Below are positions 1 to 10,892 of a DNA stretch of 64,000 bases, piece by piece (position 1 is the first letter of the stretch; each line of letters begins with the position of its first letter). The translations under genes and the position numbers were made by a program. The notes beneath the pieces are model-generated. The model was not told the origin of the DNA. It was given only the letters and a program-made list of their open reading frames with translations, and searched no databases. The stretch is taken from the NCBI GenBank assembly GCA_963762255.1, contig CAVXKA010000002.1, positions 992,001 to 1,056,000 of the forward strand, read 5' to 3'. This DNA comes from Candidatus Eiseniibacteriota bacterium. GTDB lineage: Bacteria; Eisenbacteria; RBG-16-71-46; JABDJR01.

Positions 1-1
1 C

Positions 2-3000
2 GGCGCCCAGGGTGAACCGAGCCCGCTGCACGCGTACATGGAAGGGTGGGTCGGCGTCGACAAGACGTTCAGCGAAACTCCCTACTTCCGTCGTCTTTCC
101 GGCTCGAGCTTTCCGACTCACGTGTGCGTGGGGAGTTCCGCCGGTCTGGGCGGGAGTTACTCGTTCTGGGCGGGGGTGCTCCCGTCGGAAGCCAGCGCAC
201 TCTGCTACGCGGACGGCCAGGGCTACGGCACGAATTGGTACGTGTGCATCGAGCAGGGTTTCACGTACAACGGCTTGGGGTCGGTGACCCTGCACTACTC
301 CTATGTGAACGACACCGAACCCGCGTACGACTACACCTATGTGATCGCGGACACCACCGGCAGCGGCGACGAGAACCAACTGGCGGCCTACACCGGCCCG
401 GTCAGCGGGACGGGGAATTTCATCCTGACTCCCGGGATCGACATGCGTAGCACCGCAGGCCCCGTCACGTTCAAGTTCTGCGTCCAGTCGGACGGAGGCT
501 ATGACGACCAGGACGGCGCTTATGGGACCGCATGCGGCGCCTTTGCGGTCGACGACATCACGGTCACCGGAGGCGGGATCGCTCACACCGCCTCGTTCGA
601 GAGCGGAGCAGACGGATGGGTTCTGAGCCCGGCAGCGGCGGGGCCCGGTGGCGAGTGGTCGAACATCGTCGACCTCGCCTCCCTGCCTTCCACGCTCACC
701 GACTGCCCGTGCGACCTCGCCGACTCCGTCCTCGTCTTCGAGGATCTTTCCGTCGGCGGTCACGGCACCTACCAGGACAACACCGCGGCGTCTCCCTGGA
801 TTGACCTGCGGGCGGCCAGCCTGGTGGGCACGCCGGGCAAGTTCATGGAGTACAGCTTCTACGTTGAACTGCCTCTCCAGAACTATGTCTTCGTGCAGCA
901 GGAAGTGCAGTGGTACCCGGATGTCTGCGCCTCCACCGGCAAGCTGGTGCTGAGCCCCTGGACCACGGACGGCTTCGTCACCTACTTCGGCGAGGTTCCG
1001 CTCTGCACGAACCCGGGCAACATCCGTCAGCAGGACGAGTACGGAGCGTTCGTGTCTCCGGGAGCGGAGCAGATGCGCATCGCCTTCGGCGCGATCAACT
1101 ACTGCCGCTTCTACGGCAACTGCTCCGGGGTGACCAACAGCACCCCCTGGATCGACAACGTCCGCCTGGGTGTGTGGGGGAATCCCGGCGCACCGACCCT
1201 GTTCACACGCACCTACGACCGCCCCCAGGACGCCTTCCCCGAGAACGGCTCCCTGCGTATCAATGCACCAGGGCGCCTGGACGGCAACAATGTGAAGGGC
1301 TTCGTGAGCCCCGAGCCGTTGAGTTCGCTGGGTGACACGCTGGTCGTGCGCGGAGCCACCGGCGGCGCCGAGGTGCGCATCGAGTTCTCCGCGATCCCCG
1401 GCCCGGGCACCGATCTCGCCCGATTCAACTCATGGCTGACCCAGCACCAGTTCGAGGGCGTCCGCGACGGCCTCAGTTGGTACTCGGCTCGCCTCGATTC
1501 CGCGGAGCAAGGCGGCGTGGTGGGCGCGTCCGGTCGCTGGATGACGGCCTACCATGAGTCCGACCCGAACTTCTCCGGCTCGGACACCGCCATCGATCCC
1601 ACCGACCTGGACCCTCTCGGCGGGACCAACCGGCTCATGAACGACATGTTCCCGGACGATCTCTTCACCCCGGGAAGCCGCGTGAACCTGTTCTACAAGG
1701 CGCGGTACCTGACGGGAGCGTCGTGGTACGTCGAGCCTGACACGGCTCTGTTCAAGTACTACGAGTTCGAGGTGTTGCCGACCTCCATGGCCGCGGATTC
1801 GACGTTCAACTGCGTGCTGTACGTCGATCGCTACGACGGACGTAACTTCTACCAAGGGGTCATCGACGTCGTGGGCGGCGGCCAGCGCCGCATCGAGCCG
1901 GCACTCGCGTCCATCCTTCCCGGCGGGTCCGCGAACGCCGAGAACACGGCGTGGGACCGGTTCGATCTGCGCGCACCGGACAGCGGATTGGGCTGCTTCG
2001 GACGGCCGCTCAACACCGAATACGGCTCCACCATCCAGCAGAGCCTGGGTTACAAGACGATCATCTGGCACAGCGGGGATCTCGACGGCGTCACGCTGAT
2101 GAAGGAAGACGCTGACGTCCTCATCCCGTGGCTCACTCTTACCGAGCCGGGGCTGGGGTTCAACAACCTCTACATCACCGGTGACGATGCAGTGAAGTCC
2201 CCGACGCAAGAGGCGGCGACGGAGCCCAGCGCTCTGCGGCTCCTGAACGAGTTCGCCGGCGTGAACTTCGCCTGTAATACGGTTCGCGATCCAGGCTGCC
2301 CCTCCGGCAACATGGTCCGCGAGATGGTCGGGTGCCTTCCTGTGGACCCGGTGGGCGGCGCTACGGTGGCGAACGCCCTTCCCGGCGGTCGTGCCGTTCA
2401 GCACCTCGCCCAGGGGAACGGCTGCCCGCAGCTGCGCTCCTTCGACGTGCTGGATGTGTTTGTCGGCGGTCTGGGGAACCCGCAGGGTGACGAGGTGTAC
2501 AACGGTCCGAGCAAGGGGATCGTGAACTACGCTTCGGTCGTGAACGAAGCGACCGGCGGCCCCGACTACAAGACCGTGGTCGACGGCCTCTCGGTGCACT
2601 TCCGCCGCGATCCGTCGAACTGCGTGTTCACCACCGGGAACGCGATCGAGCCGGCAGTTGAGGAACGCCTCCACGAGGTCCTGCAGTGGTTCGGGTACAC
2701 CGGCGTACTGAACGCCTGTGCCGATCCCACGGCCGGAACCTCGGTGCCGAGCGAGCCCCGGCAGCCGACCTTCAAGACCGCGCTCGCCAACTTCGCTCCG
2801 AACCCGCTGGTGGGTGCGGCGAAGGGCACGATCCAGTTCACTCTCGCCCACGAAGCCAAGGCGGCGGTCGACATCTTCGACGTCAACGGTCGCCTGGTTC
2901 GGACGGTGTTCGACGGGACGGCCCACGAGGGTCTCAACGTCGCGCACTGGGACGGTCTCGACTCCGGGTCGCGACCTGTGACGAGCGGCGTGTACTTCTA

Positions 3001-3064
3001 TCGCCTCCGCGTGGACGGCGATGAGCTCGCCAAGAAGCTCGTCGTGGTACGTAACGGCTCCTAG
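2..3064 (+). CDS. Large Cys-rich secreted protein with C-terminal FlgD-Ig-like/T9SS-CTD-like tail; 5' end lies outside the window
   Basis: Frame is open from position 2 (GAQGEPSPLHAYMEGW aligns with KGPSFHELMEGW of the 48467 paralog). The tail reads PNP...IFDVNGRLVR...WDG.D..G..V.SGVYFYRL. Confidence 0.85.
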   Translation, partial: GAQGEPSPLHAYMEGWVGVDKTFSETPYFRRLSGSSFPTHVCVGSSAGLGGSYSFWAGVLPSEASALCYADGQGYGTNWYVCIEQGFTYNGLGSVTLHYSYVNDTEPAYDYTYVIADTTGSGDENQLAAYTGPVSGTGNFILTPGIDMRSTAGPVTFKFCVQSDGGYDDQDGAYGTACGAFAVDDITVTGGGIAHTASFESGADGWVLSPAAAGPGGEWSNIVDLASLPSTLTDCPCDLADSVLVFEDLSVGGHGTYQDNTAASPWIDLRAASLVGTPGKFMEYSFYVELPLQNYVFVQQEVQWYPDVCASTGKLVLSPWTTDGFVTYFGEVPLCTNPGNIRQQDEYGAFVSPGAEQMRIAFGAINYCRFYGNCSGVTNSTPWIDNVRLGVWGNPGAPTLFTRTYDRPQDAFPENGSLRINAPGRLDGNNVKGFVSPEPLSSLGDTLVVRGATGGAEVRIEFSAIPGPGTDLARFNSWLTQHQFEGVRDGLSWYSARLDSAEQGGVVGASGRWMTAYHESDPNFSGSDTAIDPTDLDPLGGTNRLMNDMFPDDLFTPGSRVNLFYKARYLTGASWYVEPDTALFKYYEFEVLPTSMAADSTFNCVLYVDRYDGRNFYQGVIDVVGGGQRRIEPALASILPGGSANAENTAWDRFDLRAPDSGLGCFGRPLNTEYGSTIQQSLGYKTIIWHSGDLDGVTLMKEDADVLIPWLTLTEPGLGFNNLYITGDDAVKSPTQEAATEPSALRLLNEFAGVNFACNTVRDPGCPSGNMVREMVGCLPVDPVGGATVANALPGGRAVQHLAQGNGCPQLRSFDVLDVFVGGLGNPQGDEVYNGPSKGIVNYASVVNEATGGPDYKTVVDGLSVHFRRDPSNCVFTTGNAIEPAVEERLHEVLQWFGYTGVLNACADPTAGTSVPSEPRQPTFKTALANFAPNPLVGAAKGTIQFTLAHEAKAAVDIFDVNGRLVRTVFDGTAHEGLNVAHWDGLDSGSRPVTSGVYFYRLRVDGDELAKKLVVVRNGS

Positions 3065-3101
3065 CCTATCTACCCCTTCCTCAGGGGAATAGGCCGAACC
3101 C

Positions 3102-3141
3102 CCGAGGGGTTGGAGCGACGGCTCCAACCCCTCGGTTTTTT
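3102..3141 (+). terminator. Rho-independent terminator
   Basis: 15-bp perfect stem CCGAGGGGTTGGAGC/GCTCCAACCCCTCGG, GACG loop, then T6. Confidence 0.9.
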
Positions 3142-3150
3142 GTAGGGACA

Positions 3151-3432
3151 ATGCCACGAACCGCCAAGCTCACCTTCGAGGTCACCGGCGACGCCGCACC
3201 CGCGGTCGCGCTCACCTACACCAACCGGGAGGGCGCGGTCGAGCGATGCGAGGCGACCGCCCCCTGGGCCATGGCGTTTCCCGTGGCCTGCGGTCGCCGC
3301 ATCTACTTGAGCGCCTATAACCTGGGCGTGGGGACGCTTCGCGTGCGCGTCCTGGTGGATGGGTGGGTGTGGCAGGAGTCCGAAGCGACCGGACAGCACC
3401 ATGTCGTCGTCGTGTGCGGCATCGTGCCCTAG
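3151..3432 (+). CDS. Small hypothetical protein, MmpS-like beta-sandwich
   Basis: ORF pattern TFEVTG...LTY...PW...V.V.VDG resembles the MmpS domain. Confidence 0.5.
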   Translation: MPRTAKLTFEVTGDAAPAVALTYTNREGAVERCEATAPWAMAFPVACGRRIYLSAYNLGVGTLRVRVLVDGWVWQESEATGQHHVVVVCGIVP

Positions 3433-3507
3433 TCGAATCGGGCCGATGAAAGGCCCCCTCCGGCGAGGACGACCCACGAGCCGCGAAGCGCCGCGCGCTC
3501 GCGCGGC

Positions 3508-3536
3508 TTGAGCCCCAAGCCCTACCGGGCTATTCT
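3508..3536 (+). promoter_or_regulatory. Putative sigma70 promoter giving a leaderless transcript
   Basis: TTGAGC-17 nt-TATTCT, then 7 nt to ATG 3544; no Shine-Dalgarno. Confidence 0.45.
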
Positions 3537-3543
3537 CGGCGCC

Positions 3544-4392
3544 ATGCCGGCCGGCACCCCGTCCACTTCGCTCTCCCTGCGGCTGTGGGGGACCGCTGAC
3601 GTTCCCCGCCTGCGTCTCGCCGCGCTCATCGCCTTCTGCGCGGCGGCCGCGCTGCTCATCCCCCTCGAGTGGTTCGTGCCCGGCGCGCTGCTATGGCTCG
3701 TCTCGGCGGTCCTCGTGTGGCGCGACCGCGATCCCGCATTCAAGCGACGCATGGCCGTGCTCCTGGGCGCGATCGCAATCCTCGCCGCCAGCCCCATCGA
3801 CACCGATACCTCGACGCGGCACTTCATCACGCTTGGGATACCGTTTCTGGCGGTCGTGCTCGGGCCGGCGCTCATCCTCGGCCGCACCGACCCCGGAGTG
3901 ATCCGGTATCGCTTCAAGCCGCGCCGCTTCCGCGGACTCGACATCGGCTACGTGGCGATCTCGATCCCCCTCGCCTGGCTCGTCTTCGAGCTCTACTTCA
4001 AGATCGTGAACACGTGGATGCCCACCCACTGGGTCCTGCCCGCGCACCCGGACGCGGAGGCCTCGTGGCGGCTCTTCACTGGCATCAACTGCGTGGGTAT
4101 GTGGGACGAGCTCTTCTTCGTGAACACCGTGTTCGCGGTGCTGCGCAGCGTCTTCCCGTTCCGCGTGGCCAACGCGGCCCAGGCGGTGATCTACGCCTCG
4201 GTGCTCACCGACATGGCGTTCACCGGAATCGGTCCTGCGGTCGTCTTTCTCTTCGCGCTCACCCAGGGGGCGATGTTCGAGGAGTCGGACAACCTGCTCT
4301 ACGTGCTCCTTGTCCATGTGATCGTGGACGTCTTCCTGCTGTCCGCGATCTTCAACTACTACTATCCGGGATTCACGCCGATCCCGTTCTAG
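3544..4392 (+). CDS. CPBP/Abi-family intramembrane protease-like protein with divergent motifs
   Basis: Multi-TM ORF with WDELFF (EExxxR-like) and HVIVD (HxxxN/D-like) motifs. Confidence 0.7.
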   Translation: MPAGTPSTSLSLRLWGTADVPRLRLAALIAFCAAAALLIPLEWFVPGALLWLVSAVLVWRDRDPAFKRRMAVLLGAIAILAASPIDTDTSTRHFITLGIPFLAVVLGPALILGRTDPGVIRYRFKPRRFRGLDIGYVAISIPLAWLVFELYFKIVNTWMPTHWVLPAHPDAEASWRLFTGINCVGMWDELFFVNTVFAVLRSVFPFRVANAAQAVIYASVLTDMAFTGIGPAVVFLFALTQGAMFEESDNLLYVLLVHVIVDVFLLSAIFNYYYPGFTPIPF

Positions 4393-4433
4393 GATCGTCT
4401 GGGATTCCACGGGAGGGGCGGCTCACTTTGCGG

Positions 4434-4461
4434 TTGAATCCTCCCGCTGATCTGCTAAGAT
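4434..4461 (+). promoter_or_regulatory. Putative sigma70 promoter upstream of fusA
   Basis: TTGAAT-16 nt-TAAGAT with extended -10 TGn. Confidence 0.4.
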
Positions 4462-4564
4462 CCTGCGACTCATTTTGTAAGGCACTTTTCCTGTCTCCGG
4501 CGGCGGGCGCCGCCGGCTCCCGTAGGCTCTCTGCGGGGCGAACTACGCCCACTTGAGGAACGTG

Positions 4565-6652
4565 ATGTCCAAGGACCTGACCAGGGTACGTAACATCGGC
4601 ATTAGCGCCCACATCGACTCGGGGAAGACCACCCTGACCGAGCGCATCCTCTTCTACACCCAGCGGATCCATGCGATCCACGAGGTGAAGGGGAAGGACG
4701 GCGTGGGCGCCACGATGGACCACATGGAGTTGGAGCGCGAGCGCGGGATCACCATCACCTCGGCGGCGACCCACTGCGAGTGGCAGGGATACCACATCAA
4801 CATCATCGACACCCCCGGCCACGTGGATTTCACCATCGAAGTGGAGCGGTCGCTGCGCGTGCTGGACGGGGCCATCCTCGTCCTGTGCGGCGTCGCCGGC
4901 GTGCAGTCCCAATCGATCACGGTGGATCGCCAGATGCGCCGCTACAACGTGCCGCGGCTGGCCTTCGTGAACAAGCTGGACCGCGTGGGCGCCAACCCCT
5001 ACCGCGTCTCCGAGCAGCTTCGCGACAAGCTGGGCCTGAACTCGGTACTCCTTCAGATTCCGATCGGCCTGGAGGCGGAGCATCACGGCGTCGTCGACCT
5101 CGTCACCATGAAGGCGATCCTTTTCGACGGGGACAACGGGGAGATCATCCGCGAGGAGGAGATCCCGGCCGCCATGGCCGCGGAGGCCAAGACCCGCCGC
5201 GAGGAGATGCTGGACGCGGTCTCGATGTTCTCGGACGAGCTGATGGAGGCGATTCTGGAGGGTCACCCCACCGAGGACCAGATCCGCGCCGCCATCCGTA
5301 AGGGCGTGATCTCGCTCGGCCTGTGCCCGGTGCTCATGGGCTCCGCCTACAAGAACCGGGGAGTGCAGAAGCTGCTCGACGCGGTCAACGACTACCTCCC
5401 CAACCCCACCGACGTGAGAAACCTCGCAGTCGACCTCGACCGGGGCGAGGAACAGATCGTACTCGAGGCCGACTCGGAGAAGCCCCTGGTCGCGCTGGCG
5501 TTCAAGCTGGAGGACGGCTCCTACGGCCAGCTCACCTACGTCCGCGTCTATCAGGGCACGCTCCAGAAGGGTGACTTCATCACCAACAGCCGCACCGGCA
5601 GGAAGGTGAAGGCCGGTCGCATCGTGCGCATGCACGCGGCGAGCATGGAGGACATCGACAGCGCAACCGCCGGCGACATCGTCGCCCTCTTCGGCATCGA
5701 CTGCGCCTCCGGCGACACCTTCACCGACGGCACGATCGAGGTCTCCATGACCTCGATGTTCGTGCCCGAGCCGGTGGTGAAGCTGATGATCAGGCCCAAG
5801 GACAACAAGTCCAAGACCAATGTCTCCAAGGCGCTGCAGCGGTTCACCAAGGAGGATCCGACGTTCCGGACCATGGTGGACGATGAGACCAGCGAGACGA
5901 TCATCGCAGGGATGGGCGAGCTGCACCTCGACGTCTACATCGAGCGCATGCGCCGGGAGTACAACGCGGAGGTGGAGACGGGGATTCCCCAGGTGGCCTA
6001 TCGCGAGAGCATCACCCGGCACGCCGCGTTCAACTACACGCACAGGAAGCAGACCGGCGGCTCCGGCCAGTACGGCAAGGTGATCGGCTACATCGAGCCG
6101 TCCGAGTCGGGCAATTTCGAGTTTGAGAGCGAGGTCACCGGCGGAAACATCCCCACCGAGTACATCTCCTCGTGCGAAAAGGGATTCCGCTCGATGGTCA
6201 ACAAGGGGCCGCTGGTGGGCTTCCCCATCGTGGGGGTAAAAGTGGTGCTGGAGGACGGCGCCTCCCACGCGGTCGACTCCTCGGACAACGCGTTCCAGGC
6301 GGCGGCCCGCGGCGCCTTCCGCGAAATCTACTCGCACGCCAAGCCGCAGGTGCTGGAGCCCCTGATGAAGGTAGCGGTCGAGACCCCCGCCGAGTTCCAG
6401 GGGGACGTGATGGGCACCCTGATGCAGAGGCGCGGGATCATCCATGGCACGACCGAGGACGCCGGTTTCATTCGGGTGGAGGCCGAGGTGCCGCTGGCCG
6501 AGATGTTCGGCTACGCGACCGCCTTGCGGTCGGTGACCCAAGGCAAGGCCGAGTTCACCATGGAGTTCGCGCGCTACGCGCCGGCGCCGGTGAGCGTGGC
6601 CGAGGAACTCGTGAAGAAGTACCAGGAAAAGCGCACCGCGGAGCGGAAGTAG
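4565..6652 (+). CDS. fusA: Elongation factor G, EF-G1 (mitochondrial/spirochete-like) type
   Basis: [49 protein letters not shown] motifs. Confidence 0.97.
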   Translation: MSKDLTRVRNIGISAHIDSGKTTLTERILFYTQRIHAIHEVKGKDGVGATMDHMELERERGITITSAATHCEWQGYHINIIDTPGHVDFTIEVERSLRVLDGAILVLCGVAGVQSQSITVDRQMRRYNVPRLAFVNKLDRVGANPYRVSEQLRDKLGLNSVLLQIPIGLEAEHHGVVDLVTMKAILFDGDNGEIIREEEIPAAMAAEAKTRREEMLDAVSMFSDELMEAILEGHPTEDQIRAAIRKGVISLGLCPVLMGSAYKNRGVQKLLDAVNDYLPNPTDVRNLAVDLDRGEEQIVLEADSEKPLVALAFKLEDGSYGQLTYVRVYQGTLQKGDFITNSRTGRKVKAGRIVRMHAASMEDIDSATAGDIVALFGIDCASGDTFTDGTIEVSMTSMFVPEPVVKLMIRPKDNKSKTNVSKALQRFTKEDPTFRTMVDDETSETIIAGMGELHLDVYIERMRREYNAEVETGIPQVAYRESITRHAAFNYTHRKQTGGSGQYGKVIGYIEPSESGNFEFESEVTGGNIPTEYISSCEKGFRSMVNKGPLVGFPIVGVKVVLEDGASHAVDSSDNAFQAAARGAFREIYSHAKPQVLEPLMKVAVETPAEFQGDVMGTLMQRRGIIHGTTEDAGFIRVEAEVPLAEMFGYATALRSVTQGKAEFTMEFARYAPAPVSVAEELVKKYQEKRTAERK

Positions 6653-6669
6653 GCGAAGGAGGCGAGGCC

Positions 6670-7377
6670 ATGTACACCAAGGATGTGAACGAGCGGAGCC
6701 CCCTGCGGGTGTTCGAAAAGTCGATCCACGGCGGTCTGGGCCGGGGAAATCTCGGCGTCGTCATGTCGCGCGCGGGCATCGGCAAGACCGCGTTCCTGAT
6801 CGGGGTCGGCCTGGACGACCTCATGCGCGAACGGCGGGTGCTCCACTTCTCCGCCGGCGATTCCGTGGACCACGTGATCGCCTTCTACGACGAGGTGTTC
6901 GCGGAGCTGAGCAAGTCGTCCCAACTCAAGGATCGCGCGTCCACCCACCTGATGGTGGAGCGGTGCCGCATCGTCCACACCTACCGCGGTGTGGAAATGA
7001 ACGTCGCCCGCATCCTTCGCGATACCGACTTCTACCGGCAGCACGCGTCTTTCGAGCCCGATGTGATCCTCATCGACGGGTTCGACTTCGCCAAGGCCGC
7101 CGAATCCGACCTGGCCACGCTCAAGGAATTCGTGCAGACCCTGAACGTGGAGCTGTGGCTGTCGGCGCTCACCCACCGCCATGAGCCGGTGACCGATCCC
7201 CGCGGGATCCCGAACCCGGCGGCGCGCGTCGATTCCTGGATCAGCGTGATGGTGCAGCTCGAAGCCGGGGACGGTTCGGTGACCGTGCAGCTCCTCAAGG
7301 ATCACGAGAACACCGATGTCTCGGAACTACACATGAAGCTGGATCCGAAGACGCTTCTGCTCCTGGAAGGGAACTAG
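6670..7377 (+). CDS. RecA/KaiC-like P-loop ATPase-fold protein
   Basis: GGL.RG...SRAGIGKT Walker A-like and VILIDG Walker B; GGAGG RBS. Confidence 0.75.
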   Translation: MYTKDVNERSPLRVFEKSIHGGLGRGNLGVVMSRAGIGKTAFLIGVGLDDLMRERRVLHFSAGDSVDHVIAFYDEVFAELSKSSQLKDRASTHLMVERCRIVHTYRGVEMNVARILRDTDFYRQHASFEPDVILIDGFDFAKAAESDLATLKEFVQTLNVELWLSALTHRHEPVTDPRGIPNPAARVDSWISVMVQLEAGDGSVTVQLLKDHENTDVSELHMKLDPKTLLLLEGN

Positions 7378-7403
7378 AACCGGCTCCGGAGAGACTCCGG
7401 CCC

Positions 7404-8378
7404 TTACTTCTTCTTCCCGCTCTTCCTCTCGACCCGTACCGAGTCGACCATCGCCACGATCTCCTCCACCACCACGTCCGGTGCTTCGCGATAGACGTAG
7501 TGCCCGGAGTGGGCGATGCGCAACTTGGGGTGCCTGGACATCTCCGCGATTCGGGTGTTCTCGTCGATCCAGAACTCCTGGAACTTGAAGGCGACCGCTC
7601 CGAAGGCGGGGTTCGCGTTCCCGGCCGCGATCACCGTGACCGGCAGCTCGCCGAGCGAATCGATCCCCGCCGCCTCCGCACCCGCCGAGAACATCTCCGC
7701 ATGTTCCGAGGTCAGCATGCGCAGACGGGGAGCCTGCCCCGCGACGCTGGAATCGGGAGAAGCCGCCGCCGCTTCGGCGTCCCGCGCCAGGCGCGCGCTC
7801 GTGCTCTCGGCGTCGGCCCTCAGCTCGGGAAAGCTCGTCCCGGCGAGAAAGGCGATCGGCGGGGGATCCACCAGCACCAACCCGGCGGCCAATTCGGGGT
7901 GGCGGGCGCTCAAGAGGAGCACGTTGAGCCCGCCCAGCGAGTGCCCCACGAAGATGTAGGGAGGCGCGATCCCGACGTTCTTCAGCGCCGTCACCAGCTC
8001 ATCCATCGCTCGGTCCGGAGTGCGCGGCAACGGCCCGGGCTCGCTTCGGCCGTAGCCCGCCCGCTCATAGGTCACGACCTGGGTGCGCTCCGCGACGCGA
8101 TCGACCACCGCCTGCCAATTGGACGGGGAGTCCCCGAAACCCACGTCGATCACGACGGCGGGCCGCCCTTCGCCCGCAGTCATGACGTGAAGGCGATGCG
8201 TGCCGACGCTCACCAGCGTATCGGCGGGGACGGGAGGGACCGTCTCACTGCGCGAGTCCGCCAGCGCGGCTCCCGACCGCGCGCCGGCGGCCACACCGCC
8301 GATGACAAGGATGGAGACGGTCAGGCCCGCCAGGGCCGCGCGGCCTGCGAACTCGCGGACGGACATCCGATCAAGCAT
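7404..8378 (-). CDS. Secreted alpha/beta hydrolase
   Basis: N-terminal signal-like helix; YERAGYGRS, GHSLGG nucleophile elbow, C-terminal SGH. Confidence 0.88.
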   Translation of the reverse strand: MLDRMSVREFAGRAALAGLTVSILVIGGVAAGARSGAALADSRSETVPPVPADTLVSVGTHRLHVMTAGEGRPAVVIDVGFGDSPSNWQAVVDRVAERTQVVTYERAGYGRSEPGPLPRTPDRAMDELVTALKNVGIAPPYIFVGHSLGGLNVLLLSARHPELAAGLVLVDPPPIAFLAGTSFPELRADAESTSARLARDAEAAAASPDSSVAGQAPRLRMLTSEHAEMFSAGAEAAGIDSLGELPVTVIAAGNANPAFGAVAFKFQEFWIDENTRIAEMSRHPKLRIAHSGHYVYREAPDVVVEEIVAMVDSVRVERKSGKKK

Positions 8379-9162
8379 GAGTACCCCCCGGAACACCCAA
8401 GAGTCGCACCCCGTTCTCGAGACGCTGCGGGCTGCGGAATGACCTCATGAGAAACGCGTGCGCGGTGCGAACCGCCGCCGGCAGCTCGTCTCCCGCCGCG
8501 AGGCGTGCCGCGATCGCGGCGGAAAGCACGCAGCCGCAGCCGTGCGTGCTGACCCCGTGGACGCGCTCGCTCGTCCAGCGCTGCAGTGATCCGCCGTGCC
8601 ACAGGAAGTCCACCGGATCGCCGGGGAGGTGGCCGCCCTTGAGCAGCACGGACACACCGAAACGACGCCCCAACATCTCGGCCGCTGCCGCCGCGGAGGC
8701 CTCGTCGGGGATCACCTCCCCCAGGAGAATGCCCGCCTCGTCCAGGTTCGGCGTAATGATGGCCGCGAGAGGAACGAGCAGTTCGGCGTAGGCCGATTCC
8801 GCTTCGGGCTTGAGGAGTCGAGCCCCGCTCGTCGCGGCCATCACCGGATCCACGACCAATGCGGGCACCGCGTAGCGGTCGACGGCCCTCACCACGGCCT
8901 CGATGATCTCCCGCGAGAAGAGCATGCCTGTCTTGGCCGCCTTCACCGGAAAGCCGGTCATGACCGCCCCGATTTGAGCCGACACCTCCGCGGGAGGGAC
9001 CGCGGTCACCGCGGTGACCCCCTCCAGGTTCTGCGCGGTCACGCAGGTGATGGCGCTCGTCCCATGCACGCCCAGCGCGGTCATCGTGCGCAGGTCGGCT
9101 TGAATGCCGGCGCCCCCTCCCGAGTCGGAACCGGCGATGGTGAGCGCAACGGGACGGATCAT
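8371..9162 (-). CDS. thiD: Hydroxymethylpyrimidine/phosphomethylpyrimidine kinase
   Basis: [41 protein letters not shown]. Confidence 0.95.
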   Translation of the reverse strand: MIRPVALTIAGSDSGGGAGIQADLRTMTALGVHGTSAITCVTAQNLEGVTAVTAVPPAEVSAQIGAVMTGFPVKAAKTGMLFSREIIEAVVRAVDRYAVPALVVDPVMAATSGARLLKPEAESAYAELLVPLAAIITPNLDEAGILLGEVIPDEASAAAAAEMLGRRFGVSVLLKGGHLPGDPVDFLWHGGSLQRWTSERVHGVSTHGCGCVLSAAIAARLAAGDELPAAVRTAHAFLMRSFRSPQRLENGVRLLGVPGGTHA

Positions 9163-10892
9163 GCGTTCAACTCCTCAAGCTTGCGGGCCATGTCCCGCTT
9201 GGGGATGAGATCCCCCCTATGAGCGGCGATCGCGATCCCCTCGCGCAACACCGCCTCAGCCTCGGCGCGCCGCCCCGACCGCACCAGGCACGTAGCCAGA
9301 TGGTTGAACGCCATGCTGTAGTCCCTCTGCCCCTCGATGGCCTTGCGAAAGCAGGGCGCCGCTTCATCGTAGCGTTCCAGGTCGAGAAGTGTCTTCCCGA
9401 GACCGAAGTTGGCGATCACGTCGTCGGGGTCCATATCGAGAACCTGATGGAAGAGCCCGATCCGTTCCTCGAGCCGCGCGCGGCGGGCCGCTTCGTCCTC
9501 CTCGCTCTTCCTCGCGGCCGCCTTCTCACCCAACTCGCGCTTCCAGATGAGATAGGTGACCTGGCCCTTCAAGCGCTCGGCCTCGTCGATGCGCCCCTGC
9601 TGCGCGTGGTAACGACTCAGGTTCGTCCACGCCATCACGTTCTGCGGATCGGCCTCGGTGAGGCCCCGCATGATTTCGATCGCCTCGTCGAGGCGCCCCA
9701 ACCGCTCCAGACATACTCCGATCGCCTCGAACGCGGCGGCATGATGCAGGTTCATCAGAGTGGCCCGCTCGAACTCGGCGATAGCCGCTTCGAATCGGTC
9801 GGCCTTGAAGTCCTCCATGCCGCGGCGATAGTGGGTTTCGGCCTGCTCGGCCGGACCCGGTGGACGATAGAGCGGCAACGCGGTCACCGTCGCCGCGACG
9901 TGCTCCGAGCCCGCGCGAACGTGCACCACCGCTCCCGGTTCGGCGGCTTCCCGGCGGAGCCAGGCCAGCGCGATCGGCCGGCCGAGGCTCGGCGACCAGC
10001 AGGCGCTTCGGGTCTCCCCTGCCGGGACATCACCCAGATAGACGGGCGTGCCCGACGCGGGAGCGTCCCCGCCTTCCATGAGAAGCCCCATCAACAGGCG
10101 GTTCACATGACCGCGCGCATGCACGCGGGCCACCGTTTCCTGACCGAGATAGCAGCCCTTGTTGAAGGAGACCATCTCGTCGCGGCCGAGTTCGAGGAGC
10201 AGCGTGCGCTCGTCGATGTCGACCCCGTACTCGGGCCGGCCTCCTTCGATGCGCAGGATCTCCAGAGCCGCCGGGCCGATCTCCACGAGACCTTCCGGGC
10301 GGCCGGCCTCGACGAGGGCCGCGCGAACGAGCGCGGTGTGCTCACGCGGCAGGATGAGACGCCCTCCCACATCGCCGGTCCAGGGGTCGGCCACCCAGCG
10401 GACGTCGACGACGGAGGCCGCAGCGGATCCGGGCACCGCCGACCGTTGGTGGTGGTAGGCCTCCAGTGGCATACGGTGCGCGAAGAGCCGGGAGAGAACG
10501 GCCGGCGTGGAGGGACCGTGCAACTCCCACACCGCGAGCGCCTCGGAACGATCGCGCATCGCCACGTCCTCGCGGAATCGGTGGCGCTCGAAAGACTCCA
10601 GGGTCGCGGCAAGGCGCTGCGCAGCGATGAGGAGAAGAAACGACTCGTCGGCGCGGAGCAAGACGAGATCGGTGGCGATGCGTCCCTTGCGATCGAGAGA
10701 AGCGGTGTACGCGCCGTGGCCCTCGGCGAGCGCCTCCACATCGACCGGAAGTTGGGACTGGAGGAAACGCGCTCGGTCTGCGCCCTCGATCTCGGCCACC
10801 ACCGTCGTTTCGGATACGGAGAACCCCGCCCGGCTTCGCAGCGCGCGCACGCCGGCAGAATCATCGAGAGGCACGGAAAGGGATCCGGTCAC
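9159..10892 (-). CDS. ygfZ: YgfZ/GcvT-family folate-binding protein fused to C-terminal TPR repeats
   Basis: KGCYLGQE signature and GcvT-like N and C domains, then TPR helices. GTG start overlaps the iscA stop. Confidence 0.85.
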   Translation of the reverse strand: MTGSLSVPLDDSAGVRALRSRAGFSVSETTVVAEIEGADRARFLQSQLPVDVEALAEGHGAYTASLDRKGRIATDLVLLRADESFLLLIAAQRLAATLESFERHRFREDVAMRDRSEALAVWELHGPSTPAVLSRLFAHRMPLEAYHHQRSAVPGSAAASVVDVRWVADPWTGDVGGRLILPREHTALVRAALVEAGRPEGLVEIGPAALEILRIEGGRPEYGVDIDERTLLLELGRDEMVSFNKGCYLGQETVARVHARGHVNRLLMGLLMEGGDAPASGTPVYLGDVPAGETRSACWSPSLGRPIALAWLRREAAEPGAVVHVRAGSEHVAATVTALPLYRPPGPAEQAETHYRRGMEDFKADRFEAAIAEFERATLMNLHHAAAFEAIGVCLERLGRLDEAIEIMRGLTEADPQNVMAWTNLSRYHAQQGRIDEAERLKGQVTYLIWKRELGEKAAARKSEEDEAARRARLEERIGLFHQVLDMDPDDVIANFGLGKTLLDLERYDEAAPCFRKAIEGQRDYSMAFNHLATCLVRSGRRAEAEAVLREGIAIAAHRGDLIPKRDMARKLEELNA

